Source: Negaprion brevirostris
Lineage: Eukaryota
Direction: 5' to 3'
Assembly (NCBI GenBank): GCA_030324005.1
Contig: JARDVH010000193.1
Span: 25,510,816 to 25,574,815, forward strand
Length of the DNA: 64,000 bases
Under the pieces are notes generated by a model. That model saw only the letters and a program-made list of their open reading frames with translations. It was not told the DNA's origin and did no database searches. Made by a program: the position numbers and the translations under genes. This document shows positions 1 to 12,719 of this stretch, one piece after another (the first letter of the stretch is position 1; the number at the start of each line of letters is the position of its first letter).

Positions 1-16
1 GGGGTGTGGGGGACCC

Positions 17-176
17 ACAGAGAGAGAAGCCCAGAGAGAGAGAGAGAGAGAGAGAAGCCCAGAGAGAGAGAGAGAGAAGCCCAGAGAGAGAGAGAGAGAG
101 AGAAAGAAAGAGATCCAGAGGCTGAAGGAGAGAAGCCCAGAGAGAGAGAGAGAGAGAGAAAGAAAGAGATCCAGAG
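17..176. repeat. (GA)n compound microsatellite next to an assembly gap
   Basis: AGAGAG runs interrupted by AGAAGCCC. Confidence 0.95.
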
Positions 177-1255
177 NNNNNNNNNNNNNNNNNNNNNNNN
201 NNNNNNNNNNNNNNNNNNNNNNNNNNNNNNNNNNNNNNNNNNNNNNNNNNNNNNNNNNNNNNNNNNNNNNNNNNNNNNNNNNNNNNNNNNNNNNNNNNNN
301 NNNNNNNNNNNNNNNNNNNNNNNNNNNNNNNNNNNNNNNNNNNNNNNNNNNNNNNNNNGTGAAAAGAGAAAAGTAGAGATAGGGATTTCAAGTCTCTTTT
401 GGAAAGATATCAGTAGCTAACAGGATTGTAACAATATACAACTGCCAGGAGAAAATATACGCTCCTCCACCTTGTACCTCTATAAATAAATTGGGCTGAA
501 GTCGTTAAAAGGAAACAATAAAATCATCAAGCACACTCGCAGAAACAGACTGAACCACAGAGCATGTAGCATGTTTGCTTACAACAAAATCTACAGTAAA
601 TACATGGCACATACTGCTGATCCTGCTGAAAACAAGGCTAAGAGACAAAGGTTTGTACAGACCTCAAAATAGCCACAAGATGTCAAGTTTTTAATAACAT
701 GAAAAGCTAATACATTCACAACAAATAATCTGAAAAGGGTCATTCTGATCACAGACCACTCCGATAAATACTTCAAGCTCTGTAATGCTTGAAAGCTGTG
801 GCTTGAACCAGTGATTCAGAAAGAAAGATCCTGTTAATAAAGAATCCGAGACAATGTCAATTTCTTCCAATGATGCTTCCAGACACGCTTGTTAACTGTA
901 GCAATGTCATGAGTGGACCACTCAAGGATCTATTTAAAATAAGGAATTTGGGTCAACAACGACGCAGGTCGGATGTACATCAGTCAGACTGGTGTACCAA
1001 ATGGAACAATTCTGTAAGTTGTTCAAGGCAATGCAAGAAAAATCAAATGTTCCAGCAAGAATATGCAACTTAAAACATGCAACACAACGCCAAAGGGGAC
1101 ATCAGTGAAATATCATAAGTTAGAAATAATTTTTGCCCACAACAAGATTTTTCTCAACAAATTCTATAGAATGCTGGGGCAAAAGTAGACAGAGAGCTTT
1201 ATTCTGTATTCCACAACAAAGAAGAATTGAGTGTTAGCCCATGGATAGAGCTCTT

Positions 1256-1455
1256 AGGTACAAGATAAATTCACCATAGTCCCAGATGTGACTGGTGGTG
1301 ATTTAACCTGAGGATTGCTGTACCTCAGGCGAGGGGCAAGGTTGATAAGGCAGGGCCTTCATGAATAACCTCAGTCGGCACGAGTTGAACCCGTGCTGTT
1401 AGCATCATTCTGCATCACAAACCAGCCATCCAGCCAACTGAGCTAACTGACTCCC
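1256..1455 (-). mobile_element. tRNA-derived SINE with a 7-bp target-site duplication
   Basis: Minus-strand head GGGAGTCAGTTAGCTCAGTTGG (A box) ... GGGTTCAACTC (B box). AGCTCTT flanks both sides, at 1249-1255 and 1456-1462. Confidence 0.75.
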
Positions 1456-2198
1456 AGCTCTTTGTAATACAACAATGGAGGAAGTTTATACATCTTCAGA
1501 GTCAAAAGCTTAATTGATATCCATAAAGCAGATTATATGATTCACAGGTAGGATTAACAGCTGTTGCTTGAAACAAAATGCCAAGATTTTATGGTTATAG
1601 CACCAGTTGCATAAATCTCTATAATTTCCAGTCTATCATTTATCCAATATAGGTTTCAAGGCAAGTACAGAAATCCTATTTCAGCCAAACCTTCTGCCAA
1701 AGGAAATTAAAGTTTTAAATTGTCAAAACATTAATAATAACAACCTTAAACTTGGAATAAAATGCTCAACTATTGACTTGGAAACCCATGCATAACAATT
1801 CTTCAGAAGCTCATACAGGAAAGTACATAATTAAAGTGAACAAGTAACTCCTTTTCATCAAAAAAATGCCATTTCTCAAGTGATCACCAATCATTCAATA
1901 CACACAAGTGTCGAAAATTTCTATTTGTTACGACAGGAGTTCTGATAAAAACATTAATTCGAGGTATAAATTGCCAACTTTGCTTTGGATGGAGATGGGT
2001 CCATTTATGGGCCAATAGCATCTTCACCAATAGACTGTAAAAAAAAAATTATCAATGGGACTTCCATTAATGGTACCTATGTCTGCTTTTGCCTCAAGTT
2101 TAGAAGCTACATTAGTTTTCACACAGACTCGCCTTCGGTTATGACTGAGGTTACTAGGAAGCTAGACCAGTGAAATGTTAGAGTAGTGCAGAAGAAGT

Positions 2199-2474
2199 TT
2201 AAAAGTTTATTTATTAGTCACAAGTGAGCCTTAGATTAACACTGCAATGAAGTTACTGTGAAATTCCCCTAGTCACCACAGACTGGCATCTGTTCGGGTC
2301 AATGATCCGAACCAGCAAATCTTTCAGACTATAGGGGGAGCACCCGGAGGAAATCCACGCAGACACAGGGAGAACATGCAAACTCCAAACAGACATTGAC
2401 CCAAACTGGGAATTGAACCTGGCTCCCTGACGTTGTGAAGCAGCAGTGCTAACCACTGTGCTGCCATGCCACCC
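2199..2474 (-). mobile_element. HE1/V-SINE-like tRNA-derived SINE (tail type B)
   Basis: CACAGTGGTTAGCACTGCTGC head, GGTTCAATTCCC B box, central TGGAGTTTGCATGTTCTCCCTGTGTCTGCGTGG domain. Confidence 0.85.
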
Positions 2475-2714
2475 AAGGTCACTCAACCTACTGTGTCTTT
2501 GCTGACGTGGAAAGCCACACACTTTTCAGAGAAGGGAATGGGCCTCTCCACATTATCTTTGATATCAAGTCCCTCTCCAACCAAATATTTGTCAAGTTTC
2601 CTTCAAAAAGTCATTTTAGATGATGCATCACATCATTATTAAGCAAGACATTTCATATCCTAACTAAGCCCTCGCTTTAAAAATAATTCTACTTTTGCTT
2701 TAGGTGATAATCAA

Positions 2715-2890
2715 ATTTCTGCAGGTGGTGGAGCAGAGACGATTAATGATTTCAAAATAAAGTTGGATGACCACTTGGTGGAAATAAACTTGCAGGTCTA
2801 CAGAAATAGTGGAGGCAATGGGACTAACTGTATTTTCTACAGTGAGCTGGCATGGACTTGATCAGCCAAATGACCACCTCCTGCACATAA
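2715..2890 (+). mobile_element. CR1-type LINE 3' end fragment
   Basis: GGTGGTGGAGCAGAG...TTCAAAATAAAGTTGGAT resembles the other CR1 3' ends in the window. Confidence 0.55.
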
Positions 2891-3194
2891 TCAATCTATG
2901 CCCTTCAACAGTTGATTTACTGACTATGNNNNNNNNNNNNNNNNNNNNNNNNNNNNNNNNNNNNNNNNNNNNNNNNNNNNNNNNNNNNNNNNNNNNNNNN
3001 NNNNNNNNNNNNNNNNNNNNNNNNNNNNAAATAACTGATTTTGAGTTTGTCTGTGCAATCTTTTTTATTCTAATTAAGTCGACCATAGGTTTAGTGGTCT
3101 CTCCTTAGTGAACTTGAGCAATTTCTTCTATATCCTTTCCATTGGGTCAAAGCTGTCCTAAAGCACCAATTCTGAGCAAAATACTTGAAGTATG

Positions 3195-4425
3195 GTATCG
3201 CTGAATCACAAAGATTGCACCACAGGTGGAGGCCATTCAACCTGTCAAGTCTGCGCAGGTTCTCTGCAAGGATGGACAACTTAATTCCACTCAGCTGTCT
3301 TTACCAGGTAACCCTGCAAATTCCACTTCAGATAATTATCCCTTTCTCTTTTGAAAGCCACAATTGATTCTGCTTCCATTGCATTGTGCAATAGGAGTTT
3401 CCTCATGTTGTCACTGTTCCTTTTGCCAGTCACTTTAAATTGGTATTCATTTACTCTCAATCCTTCCACCAACGTGAACAGTTTCTCCCTGTCTACTTTG
3501 TTTAGGCCCCTCATGATTTTGACACAAGAACGAAGAACAGGACAACACAGGAAGAGGCCTTTTGGCCCTCCAAGCCTGCACCAGTCACGTTTACCTATCT
3601 AGGTCAACCGCTTATACCCCTCTATTCCCCTTTTGTTCTTATGCCTATCAAACAAGTTTTAAATGTGGCTAACCTAATTGCCTCAACCACCTCATTCAGC
3701 AGCGCATTCCAGTCTCCACTATCCTTTGCGTAAAAAACTTCCCTCACACATTTCCACTGAACCCTTCCCCCCCCTTATCTTGAACTTCTACCCCCTTGTA
3801 ATTGTCATTTCTGCCCTAGGAAAAAGCTTCCAACTCTTCACACTATCTATATCTCTTATATTTCTATAAACTTCTATCAGGTCGCCGCTCAGCCTCCGTC
3901 TTTCCAGCGAGAAAGCACCTCTTAAAATCGCTCAATCTTTTCTTCGAAAAGGAGAACAGCCCAGCTTCTCCAATCTATCCATGTAACTGAAGTCTCTTAT
4001 TCCTGGAACCATTCTCATTAATCTTTTTCGCATCCTCTCAAATGTCTTCATATCCTTCGAAAAGTGTGGTGCTCAGACAATACACTATTGCAGCTGAGGC
4101 CAAACCAGTATTTTACACAGGTTTACCAAAGCTACCTTCCTAGTGCACCTGATCCCCATATTTATAAAACCCACGATCACACATTAACCACTCTCTCAAT
4201 GTGCACACATACGTCCAAGGTCCTTCTGCTCCTGCATCCCCTTCAGAACGGCATCCTTTATTTCATATTGTCTCTCTTCTTGCTCCTTCCAAAATGAATC
4301 ACCTCACAATTCTCCTCACCAAACTTGCATGCCATCTGCAAACTCTGACATTATACCCTCCATGTCCCAGTCTGGCCACTTTCCTCTAGTCTGAAAACTG
4401 ATCATTCAGCTGATCCTCTGCTTTT
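3195..4425 (-). mobile_element. Nested CR1/HER1-like LINE 3' fragments
   Basis: Minus-strand translation MRGLNKVDREKLFTLVEG... is a typical CR1 ORF2 C-terminus. A second 3' end begins near 3525. Confidence 0.85.
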
Positions 4426-4569
4426 NNNNNNNNNNNNNNNNNNNNNNNNNNNNNNNNNNNNNNNNNNNNNNNNNNNNNNNNNNNNNNNNNNNNNNNNNNN
4501 NNNNNNNNNNNNNNNNNNNNNNNNNNNNNNNNNNNNNNNNNNNNNNNNNNNNNNNNNNNNNCATGTTCT

Positions 4570-5050
4570 TCAGAACTCAGGTCGCTCAGTTAATAGTAGC
4601 ACTGTCCAGACACTCTTGGTGATGATCATTGAAATTCCTCATTGAAAGCAGTTGTATATCCTGGTTACTGTCAATGCTTGTTCCAAGGAGATGTTTATCA
4701 GGGAGGACTACTGATTAATCAGATGAAGGAGAAGTAGGTGGTGATTGGCAAGAGATTTCCTCACCGACATTTGACCTGAGGCCAGAGACTTCATGCAGGG
4801 CAAACGCAACATTCTCAGCAGACTTGCTACCACTATACTGCTGGTAGAACAGGATATGCCCAGGAATTATGATAGCTGAGTCAAGGACATTGAGCAGTAG
4901 TCATTTCTCAAGATCATCCCTTTGTTAGTCTGTCACTTAAGATCTTCATTAGATAGCCCTCCCAATTTCAGGACCATCCACAGATTTTGATGACGGTGAT
5001 TTTGCAGCATCACCTTGGCAGGACGTGCCAATATTAACTTTGATGCCTAA
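4570..5050 (-). mobile_element. Old LINE fragment, probably endonuclease region
   Basis: Degenerate LINE-like sequence with no intact ORF. Family assignment is uncertain. Confidence 0.35.
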
Positions 5051-5094
5051 GTCACAACTATAGCACATCCCTTTCTTTATCTAATATAGAAGTA

Positions 5095-5225
5095 AATGAG
5101 TGTGGATGCTGGAATCTGAAACAAAAACTGAAAATGCTGGAAATTCTCAGTAGATCTGACAGCATCTGTGGAGAGACTAACATTGAGTCTGGATGACCCT
5201 TGAGCAGAACTGAAGACAATAGAAA
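5095..5225 (-). mobile_element. Penelope-derived terminal fragment
   Basis: GATGCTGGAATCTGAAACAAAAACTGAAAATGCTGGAAATTCTCAG...CAGCATCTGTGGAGAGA motif. Related copies lie at ~12085, 33445, 37850 and 55770. Confidence 0.65.
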
Positions 5226-5269
5226 ATAGGCTGATATTAGGGTGATTTTCTTTTGTCTAGTGGCTTGAA

Positions 5270-5420
5270 GCAATTGATTGGGTTGCCAGGTTTTTTTTCC
5301 AGAGGACAGTTAACAGTCAATCCTATTAGTTTTGAGACTCGAGATGTATACAGGACGGTGCAGGTAAGGCCAACAGGTTTCCTTCTCAAAAGGACTTAGA
5401 TAATATCCAATTCCTTTTAT
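5270..5420 (-). mobile_element. SINE fragment related to 20030-20275
   Basis: Reverse-complement similarity (AGAGGACAGTTAACAGTCAA...TTCCTTCTCAAAAGGAC). Confidence 0.5.
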
Positions 5421-5628
5421 TAATAGGATTTCCTCCAATAACACTTTCATTTGTCAGGCATTACTTGCCTTTTACAAATCTGCACCTTGTCAAAATGTTC
5501 ATCACTGAGCAGCAGCTGGTGGTCACATCATCACCATCACATTCCACATCAAACCAGACACAGTCAAAATCAATTGTGCTAAAACATCTACAACACAAAT
5601 TTATGCTCAAATATGTTCCTTATATCAT

Positions 5629-6267
5629 GGCCCAAATCTTTCAATCAGGGTCAGACCCCCTTGTTTCTGACCCTGATTAAACAAACAAACTACTGACTCA
5701 CCTCCTTCCAATTTTTCTGGCCGATCTTGCAAAAAAGGAACCTGCATAACTCACTCATGAGCAGGAAACCTTGAAAGGAACAGCAGAGAGAATCTACACA
5801 GAAGCCATGCCCCTTTTTATGGCATTAGCTGCCTTGTTCTGCTAACAAAGAGCTCAGGTGTCCCAGAACTCCTCGGTGTGTAAGTGAATGTATGTATAGT
5901 TGAGTGAATGGTGGGTGTGTGAAGTGGTAAGGTGGCAAATGAGTAGGGTGGTTGGTGGTAGTGGTGGATATTGACAATGATAATTGTAAAATTACCCAGG
6001 ACTTCAACTAGGATTTTTCTATTTAATAATATTTCTGAAGAGTTATCCAGGAAATAAGTTGGGACTGTCCACATTCTCCAACCTGAACTCAAGAGTCTGA
6101 GATTTTTTTTGGAGGGCCCCAGGGAGAAGAGGAATTGCCGTTAGAAGTACAAACTTCCCGGGCAATTCCCACAGAGTCAGCATGTCGGGATTTCCAAGAC
6201 ATACTGTCGCACATTTTGTATGATAATGCCTGATCTCAGACAATCCAGAGACCAAAAGGTCTGGGCC
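5629..6267. mobile_element. Possible old Harbinger-type MITE
   Basis: GGCCCAAATCTTT (5629-5641) matches the reverse complement of 6255-6267, GGCCCAGACCTTT, at 11/13. No clear TSD. Confidence 0.35.
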
Positions 6268-7178
6268 TGTGTTTCAAAAGAAAATTAACAGAATGTNNNN
6301 NNNNNNNNNATTGTGATTAAAGTAACTGGGAGTTTAAAAATAATTTAGGAATGGACTGAATATTTAAACAGCATTTTTTGAAACCTACTTCAGCGGACAC
6401 TCTACTATGATTACTAAGGATTTGGAAACAGAAACAGCAAATGCTAGGAATACTACATTCACTTTACAAACTTACAATTTTTAACTATAAACATGGCACA
6501 TCAGATTTATGGTTCCAAGATGAATTTGTATTCAAACAAACTGCTTTACAGACAATAGAAGAAGCGTTGATTTATTACAGTCACTCTATTGATAAACTAT
6601 TAAATCAGGGCATGCAAAATCATCTTGACAATGTACAGACAACAAGGAAATTAGATTGGAAAAACACAACTATTCATAGGTTGTCAGCTACAGGACGCTG
6701 TTCCACTGTAGATACTCAAGTACGCTCTGAGCCAATATTACACTATTACCATGTTTGTATTCAAATTATATACATTGTTCTTAGCTTACGGTCCATGAGT
6801 TTTCTCTTTATCACATCCTAAAATATACAAAATGCATTATGCAGTCAATCAATACAGTCTTTACATACAAAGTAATCAAACTGATTTAGACAAGTGAACA
6901 TATTCACAGGCATTCTGGAGGGAAATATAGAAGTAGTGTGGGCATAATGAATAGGATACCATAGAAGTTGGATAGATTGGTCTCCAGCAAGGGGGGATAC
7001 AAGTTGAAATATCCATTGGTTTAACATTTGGAAATGGTTGAAAATTATTTTCTGGTACAAAATGTAACATAGGGATATAAAATACTGAAGCATTTTGGAT
7101 TTCAAGGTGGCACTGTCGTGGCCCTGAAACCCAACTTGTAAGAAAGGAGATGAAATTGAAATTGGAGCATCAAATTAC

Positions 7179-7310
7179 CTTCACTATGAAAAGAACTTGA
7201 TGTGTCACAGTCTGCAGATTCATCATGGCTTGAAGCTATTGCTTCTCTTTCAGACATATTGTTGTCATCAGTTAGATTCTCCTCGCCTTCCTCCATTTCA
7301 TCAACGGAAC
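7179..7310 (-). CDS. ZFPM1: ZFPM1/FOG-1 coding exon 2 ((R)SVDEMEEGEENLTDDNNMSEREAIASSHDESADCDTSSSFHSE)
   Basis: Acceptor TTTGGTTTAAAG| with AG at 7312-7311 and donor G|GTAATT at 7178. The exon is 132 nt, phase 1-1. Joining to exon 1 gives C|GT = Arg and ...QIKRSVDEMEEGEE, comparable to human FOG-1 QIKRSLGDMEAREE. Confidence 0.85.
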
Positions 7311-8549
7311 CTTTAAACCAAAGGAATTCATTTGATAAATCAGAGAAAACCCAGAAAACAACAAATTATTTAGTTCTACATTAAATTTCCTCAGCTGACA
7401 AACTGATCATGCCAGTTTTTAAAGGCTATTGCTCATAGAAACATTCTTTTCACAAAAATATTGTCAGTAATGCCTGATCACAAAAATAATGAACATAGAA
7501 AGAAATCACGGAGCACTTTGCATTGGTCCTTGTGCTAACCGCTCAACTCAAGATACCTACTGGCAGATTATTTACATTTCGTTAGTCAAAGACAACATAA
7601 CTGAATTTTTGAATGCTGGGGTTAGGACAGAAAATATCCGCAGGCATTAGGTGTTAGTAGTCTTCTATGGCAATGTATTCCCTTTACCAAAGTTATCGAA
7701 AATTAACCTCAAAGACAAAACTCCAAACATCCTCAACTATATACAAGCTGGTATGTTATCCAGGGGAATTTAGCTTCCTCTATCAACATATGTACAGTCA
7801 TACAGATAACACAACCTTCATATCTGACAACTAGTTTTGATTAAGCTTGCTGTGAATATTTGAGTTAAAAATATCGAACCTCAGCATCTCACATCCACAG
7901 CCTAGGTCACATATGTCGGAGTTACTGAGCTTGGAGCTGTACAATTTCTGCTGGGCATTTATCATAGAAGCACAGAACATTTATTGAAGGAGGTCATTTG
8001 GCCTGTCGAGCCCATGTCACCTCTCTGCAAGACGAATTGAGCTAGACCCACTCCCTCATCCTTTCCCTGTAGCCCTGCATGTTTTCCCCCCCTTTAGGTG
8101 CTTAGCCAATTCCATTAGCAGGGCCATTAAATTATTTCCTAATTTAAACAAAATGTGATGATGGTTCAAGCAGAAATGCTCTGACCATTCTTGGAAAGGT
8201 ACAATGCTGTATTTGACTCAAAACTAGAAATACATCATTCAAAGGATGCAATGCGAGACACAAGTCAAATTTCAGTTATCATTCTAGCAATATTGATCAT
8301 AAATATTTGCCAATCTCACACCTTAAAACATTTGATACATACTTTAAAATTGTCATTTTTAAAACCATGATTTGGTACATTCATTTCACAATCGACAGCA
8401 AGGCCGCTATGCAGGATGATGAGAAATGCAACACTAATATTGGTCAGTGGAGTGGTTTGCTGTTTAAGAAACTGACCTAACAGGTGTATTCAAGATTACA
8501 ACTATTTCTCAAGGGACAGCACAATGAGTTTGTCATCATGTTTGGACCA

Positions 8550-8795
8550 GTGGCACCATCCCATCAAACCCTGACCCTGTTCTGGTCGGATGTCCAAAAA
8601 ATATGCACTTTCCAGCAGAAGTCAGAGATAGCAATTAAGATCAAAAAACACAAATGACTCTTTTCCTACTTTCTTTGCCTGACAGGCACTGAAGATAATT
8701 GTATAGACCCTACTCACACCTTGGCTGAGAGCACTTAACTCATGATCCACAGATTGACAGACACCTTGTGCTCTGGAATTGTATGGCACAATTTC
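8550..8795 (-). mobile_element. LF-SINE-like ancient SINE relic
   Basis: Minus strand has CTCTCAGCC, TACAATTATCTTCAGTGCC, TTGCTATCTCTGACTTCTGCTGGAAAGTGCAT and GGACATCCG in the order I recall from the LF-SINE consensus. Not computationally aligned. Confidence 0.55.
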
Positions 8796-9184
8796 ATATT
8801 AAGCATTTCTAATGTTTGAACACAAGAAGTCAGAATCATGCATTTTTAAATATGAAAAATTGCAACATTGTGACATATTTAAAGCATCAAACAAGAAAAT
8901 TATTTCCTCTGCTGTTTCAACATATTTGTTCTTTGAGTATAACACTAATGTACAGATTGCACAAAGTGTGGAACACAGAATCCTTGGCTAGGTCCCACAA
9001 TGCAATATGTAATCTCTGGACAATTTACTGCATTAACTCTGTTTCACATGAAAGAAATGTTATTTTTTAATTTGAGTATACTAACACCGCGCACGGCATT
9101 CCCATTTATTTTGGTATCAGCACGATTTCAAAATCACATTCTTCTCACCATTAACTTAAGCTAACCTAACCTGCATCCTAACTG

Positions 9185-9620
9185 GTGCCAAGTCCCCTTC
9201 ATCCGTCCCCCACGCTTACTGATCTACACTGGCTCCCAATTGAGCATTATGATTTTCCAACACTCAGCCTTATTTTCAAATATCTTCAACATCTTGATCC
9301 TCCAAAACCCCACAACCAATTCCAGCCCTACGAGCCTCAGACATCTGCACTCCTCCAATCTGACATCTTGTACATCCCTGATTTTAATCAACCCACCATT
9401 GCCAATGGTGCTTTCAGCTGCCGAGGCTCTGAAATTTTCTCTATACATTGCTCTGCCTCTCTATAATTTTTCTTTCTTTAAATACTGTTTAAAAAATACA
9501 CTGCTTTTGCTCAGCTGCCCAAAAATCCCCTTCTATGATCGAATTTTGTTTGATAAAGCTCTTGTGGAACGCTATGGGACATATTACTAAATTAAAGGTG
9601 CTAGATAAATGCAAGCTTTC
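9185..9620 (+). mobile_element. L2-type LINE 3' end
   Basis: PTLTDLHWLPI...LIFK is the L2 ORF2 C-terminal motif; the tail reads TAAAGGTGCTAGATAAATGCAAG. Confidence 0.75.
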
Positions 9621-10357
9621 ATAGCGACAACCCAAGCATCACTTTTTATTAAATGCTTTCACTATATGCTGAGAATGCATCAGGAGACAATGGATAAGAT
9701 TTGTTAATCACAGGAAGGTTGACACAGTAGCAAATGAGCCAACTGGTATATATGCACCACATACAACTTGTACTCTGCTTTTCACATATTGTTAAATCAA
9801 CATAAGGATGTGGTTAAATATAGGTTTGTTTGGAACTGTACATTTCCAAAGTGATGCAGATTATAAGCTGGTTCACTGAATCAATGCCACTTGCAGAAGT
9901 TAAAATGTTGCTGATTGCTGGACTCTTGCACAAATGCTCATCTATTTTGCCGTGCTGTTTGAGGCTGTTAATGTTTTAAGTAGCATATTAATTATTTTTA
10001 ATAGGCAGTGAATATCAATTTCTCAAGTAATGCCAGCTTGACAAAAATCAGAAAATAGTATAAAAATATTGAGCAGAGATTGAATTTACTAGACTGGCTT
10101 ATTATACTGTAAATTTTGTTGAAGCCATTCCAGGACTACAGAAGTGGAACAAATTCCATTACTGTGTCAGCACAGCTATTTTATCCATTTCCAATTCAGT
10201 TGTTAGCTGTTTGGCATTAGCTGATTTCTCCATGTATTGCAACTCACATATCAATGGTTTGATCATGAATCGCAAATTTAAAAGGAAAACAAAACTCAGG
10301 TAAAGATGTTTACAGAAAATGCACCACTTTAAAAAGAATTCCACTTGAAATTCATTT

Positions 10358-10630
10358 TAAAGTTTATTATTACTACCACAAGTAGGCTTACATTAACACT
10401 GCAATGAAATTACTGTGAAAATCCCTTAGTCACCACATTCAGGCACCTGTTCAGGTACACTGAGGAAGAATTTAGCAACACCAATGCACGTAATCGGCAC
10501 ACCTTTCGGGTTGTGGGAGGAAACCCAAGCAGATACAGGGAGAACATGCAAACTCCACACAGACAGTGACCCAAGCTGCAAATTGAACCTGGGTCCCTGG
10601 TGCTGAGAGGCAGCAGTGCTAACCACCGTG
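10358..10630 (-). mobile_element. HE1/V-SINE-like SINE (tail type B)
   Basis: Highly similar to 2199-2474, including the AAGTTTATT...AACACTGCAATGAA.TTACTGTGAAA tail. Confidence 0.85.
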
Positions 10631-11204
10631 TTAGACCCGAAGTTGCATTACAGGAGATTAACAACTGACCAAAACATAGAAATACAAATAATTTATATAG
10701 AGTGAAGTACTGAACTTCTCACACTCAAGAGACTGTATATATCCACGCACATAGAACATAAAAGATGTCAGTTTATTTTGGCACTTTAAAAACTGTAGCA
10801 TAACAGACCCATCATTAAAGTTATTGTGCTTGTACCAATCCTAACTCTTCAACCACAACCATAGGCCTCACCAAGTTTGGAGGCAGAGGGAAAGGGGCTG
10901 GTTGTTTTTTGGTTTAGCAAACCTGGAAGAGTTTCCTCAGGTTCTGCTAAATGTTACAGCCTCCCTTTAGCCAGATTAAAATCAAAATGGAAGAGTGAAT
11001 TAATCTCGATCTATTTCCCCTATATCATTCCTTTCAGTGCAAATATTCAATTCCATTTTAAATGTCTATTATACATTAGTGGCAAAAAATTAATATTCTA
11101 ACATAAATGTCTCGAGTGATTTATCATCCAGTAAAAACAAACCTTCATTGTTTACTTTCTCTGCTCAGTAACAAAAAAATGTTTGAGCTGATCATGGTTA
11201 ATAA

Positions 11205-11845
11205 TTCCTGTGTGTGTTGAACATTCCCTCACTCCCTCCACTGCCAATACACAGTGGCAGTAGCGTGTACCATCTACAAGATGCACTGTCAGAAGTCACC
11301 AAAATGCCTTCAACAGCACTTTCCAAATCTGCGACTTCTACCACTTTGAATAACAAGGACAGTAGATGCATGGGAACTCCACCCTGTCCAAGTCACACAC
11401 TGTCCTAACTTGGAACTATACCACCGCCCTGGGTCTAAATCCTGGGACTCCTTTTCTCACAGCAGAGAGGTCTTACATAGACACAGACTGCAGCAGTTTA
11501 AGAAGGCAGCCCACCTCCAACTGGCCACGGACATCAGAGATAGGCAAAAAATGATGGCAATGTCAGCGATGCTAAAAGTGATCAGGGCATTCTAAAGATG
11601 ATCAGGTGAGAATTTCTCTAGTAGTAGAAACAGGTTACTTAAATGACTTCAACTGAAATGCTAAGTGCCACAAATGCATATAGTTTATCTAAATAACTGG
11701 GTAAGAACAGTTGATTGGCATAAAACCCATACGTATGACTCCAGATCCACAGCAATGTGGTTGACTTTTAACTTCTCTCAGAGATGGGCAATAAATGCAA
11801 ATCCAGCGAGCAACGCCCATATCCCACGGACAAATAAAAAAAAGG
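11205..11845 (+). mobile_element. Non-LTR retrotransposon 3' end plus related SINE tail
   Basis: AACATTCCCTCACTCCCTCCAC...GTGTACCATCTACAAGATGCAC; tail GATGGGCAATAAATGC. The same family occurs at ~20840-21075 and 31930-32380. Confidence 0.7.
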
Positions 11846-12084
11846 TGAGAATATAGTCAGTGCAAGTAGTTCTACAAAGCTGGACAACAAAGGAGAGTTG
11901 GTGTAACTGACACATCAAAGACTGTAGAAGGATTGCAAAAGTCAAGGAGGGTGGATATCAGGGAATATCGTTCAAGATTTGTTAGGGCTGTTACGGTATT
12001 GGACTATGTTCAATTGGTTCCAACTTTCCTTAATCCTTTGAAGGAGGTAAATAGTGATAAGCTGGTATCAGATACTTTGCAGAA

Positions 12085-12175
12085 AAGCAAAATACTACTG
12101 TGGCTTGAAATATGAAATAAAAACAGAAAATGCTTGAAATACACAGCAGATTAAGCAGCATTTGTGGAGACAACA
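12085..12175 (-). mobile_element. Penelope-derived terminal fragment
   Basis: Same motif as 5095-5225. Confidence 0.55.
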
Positions 12176-12324
12176 TATATTGGTTTGGCTCTTCCCAAGT
12201 TCAGAATGTTTATTTGTTTTTGATGCATTTATTTTACAGTTGGAAATTAAACCATAGTCTTTCAAATACAATTATGTACCACAGTATAATGGGTTAAAGA
12301 GAAAAGAACATGTAATTTACAGCC

Positions 12325-12650
12325 ACAATTTGCACAGCCACATGTTGTGCCAAAGTGCTTTACAGCTAATATAATACTTTTTGGAAATAGTTGCTGCTGT
12401 AATGCAGCCAATATGGCAGCCGATTTGTGTACAGTAAGCTTCTGAATAATGGAACAATAAATCAGATGAACTGTTTTTGTGATGCTGAATAAAGAGTCTT
12501 TTACAGCCAGCAGAAAGGGAAAACAGGCTTCTCACACAGTACCACACCACAGTACAAGCTTTATTTTGAAGTCCCACTCCAGGAGTGGGATTAAGTGGAC
12601 CAGCTCTCTGATTCAGAGGTGAAAAAGCTATCACTGAGCCATGGCTAAAA
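12325..12650 (-). mobile_element. Deu-domain SINE (SacSINE1/AmnSINE1-like)
   Basis: AAAGTGCTTTACAGC...GTAATG...GCAGCCGATTTGTGTACAG motif with a tRNA-like end (ATCACTGAGCCATGGC). Confidence 0.6.
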
Positions 12651-12719
12651 CTCATACAGAACGACACAAATTTCCAAACAGAAAAAATGTGCATCAGCCA
12701 TCTAAATACACATTAAATG

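Noticed and set aside
4-420. ER-rich 138-aa ORF
   Set aside because: It is a translation of a GA microsatellite plus an N gap.
1380-1455. tRNA gene (also the SINE heads at ~2474 and ~45839)
   Set aside because: A and B boxes belong to tRNA-derived SINE heads, and no complete cloverleaf was seen.
7102-7178. C-terminal part of ORF 7102-7296
   Set aside because: It is read-through beyond the exon 2 donor into intron 2.
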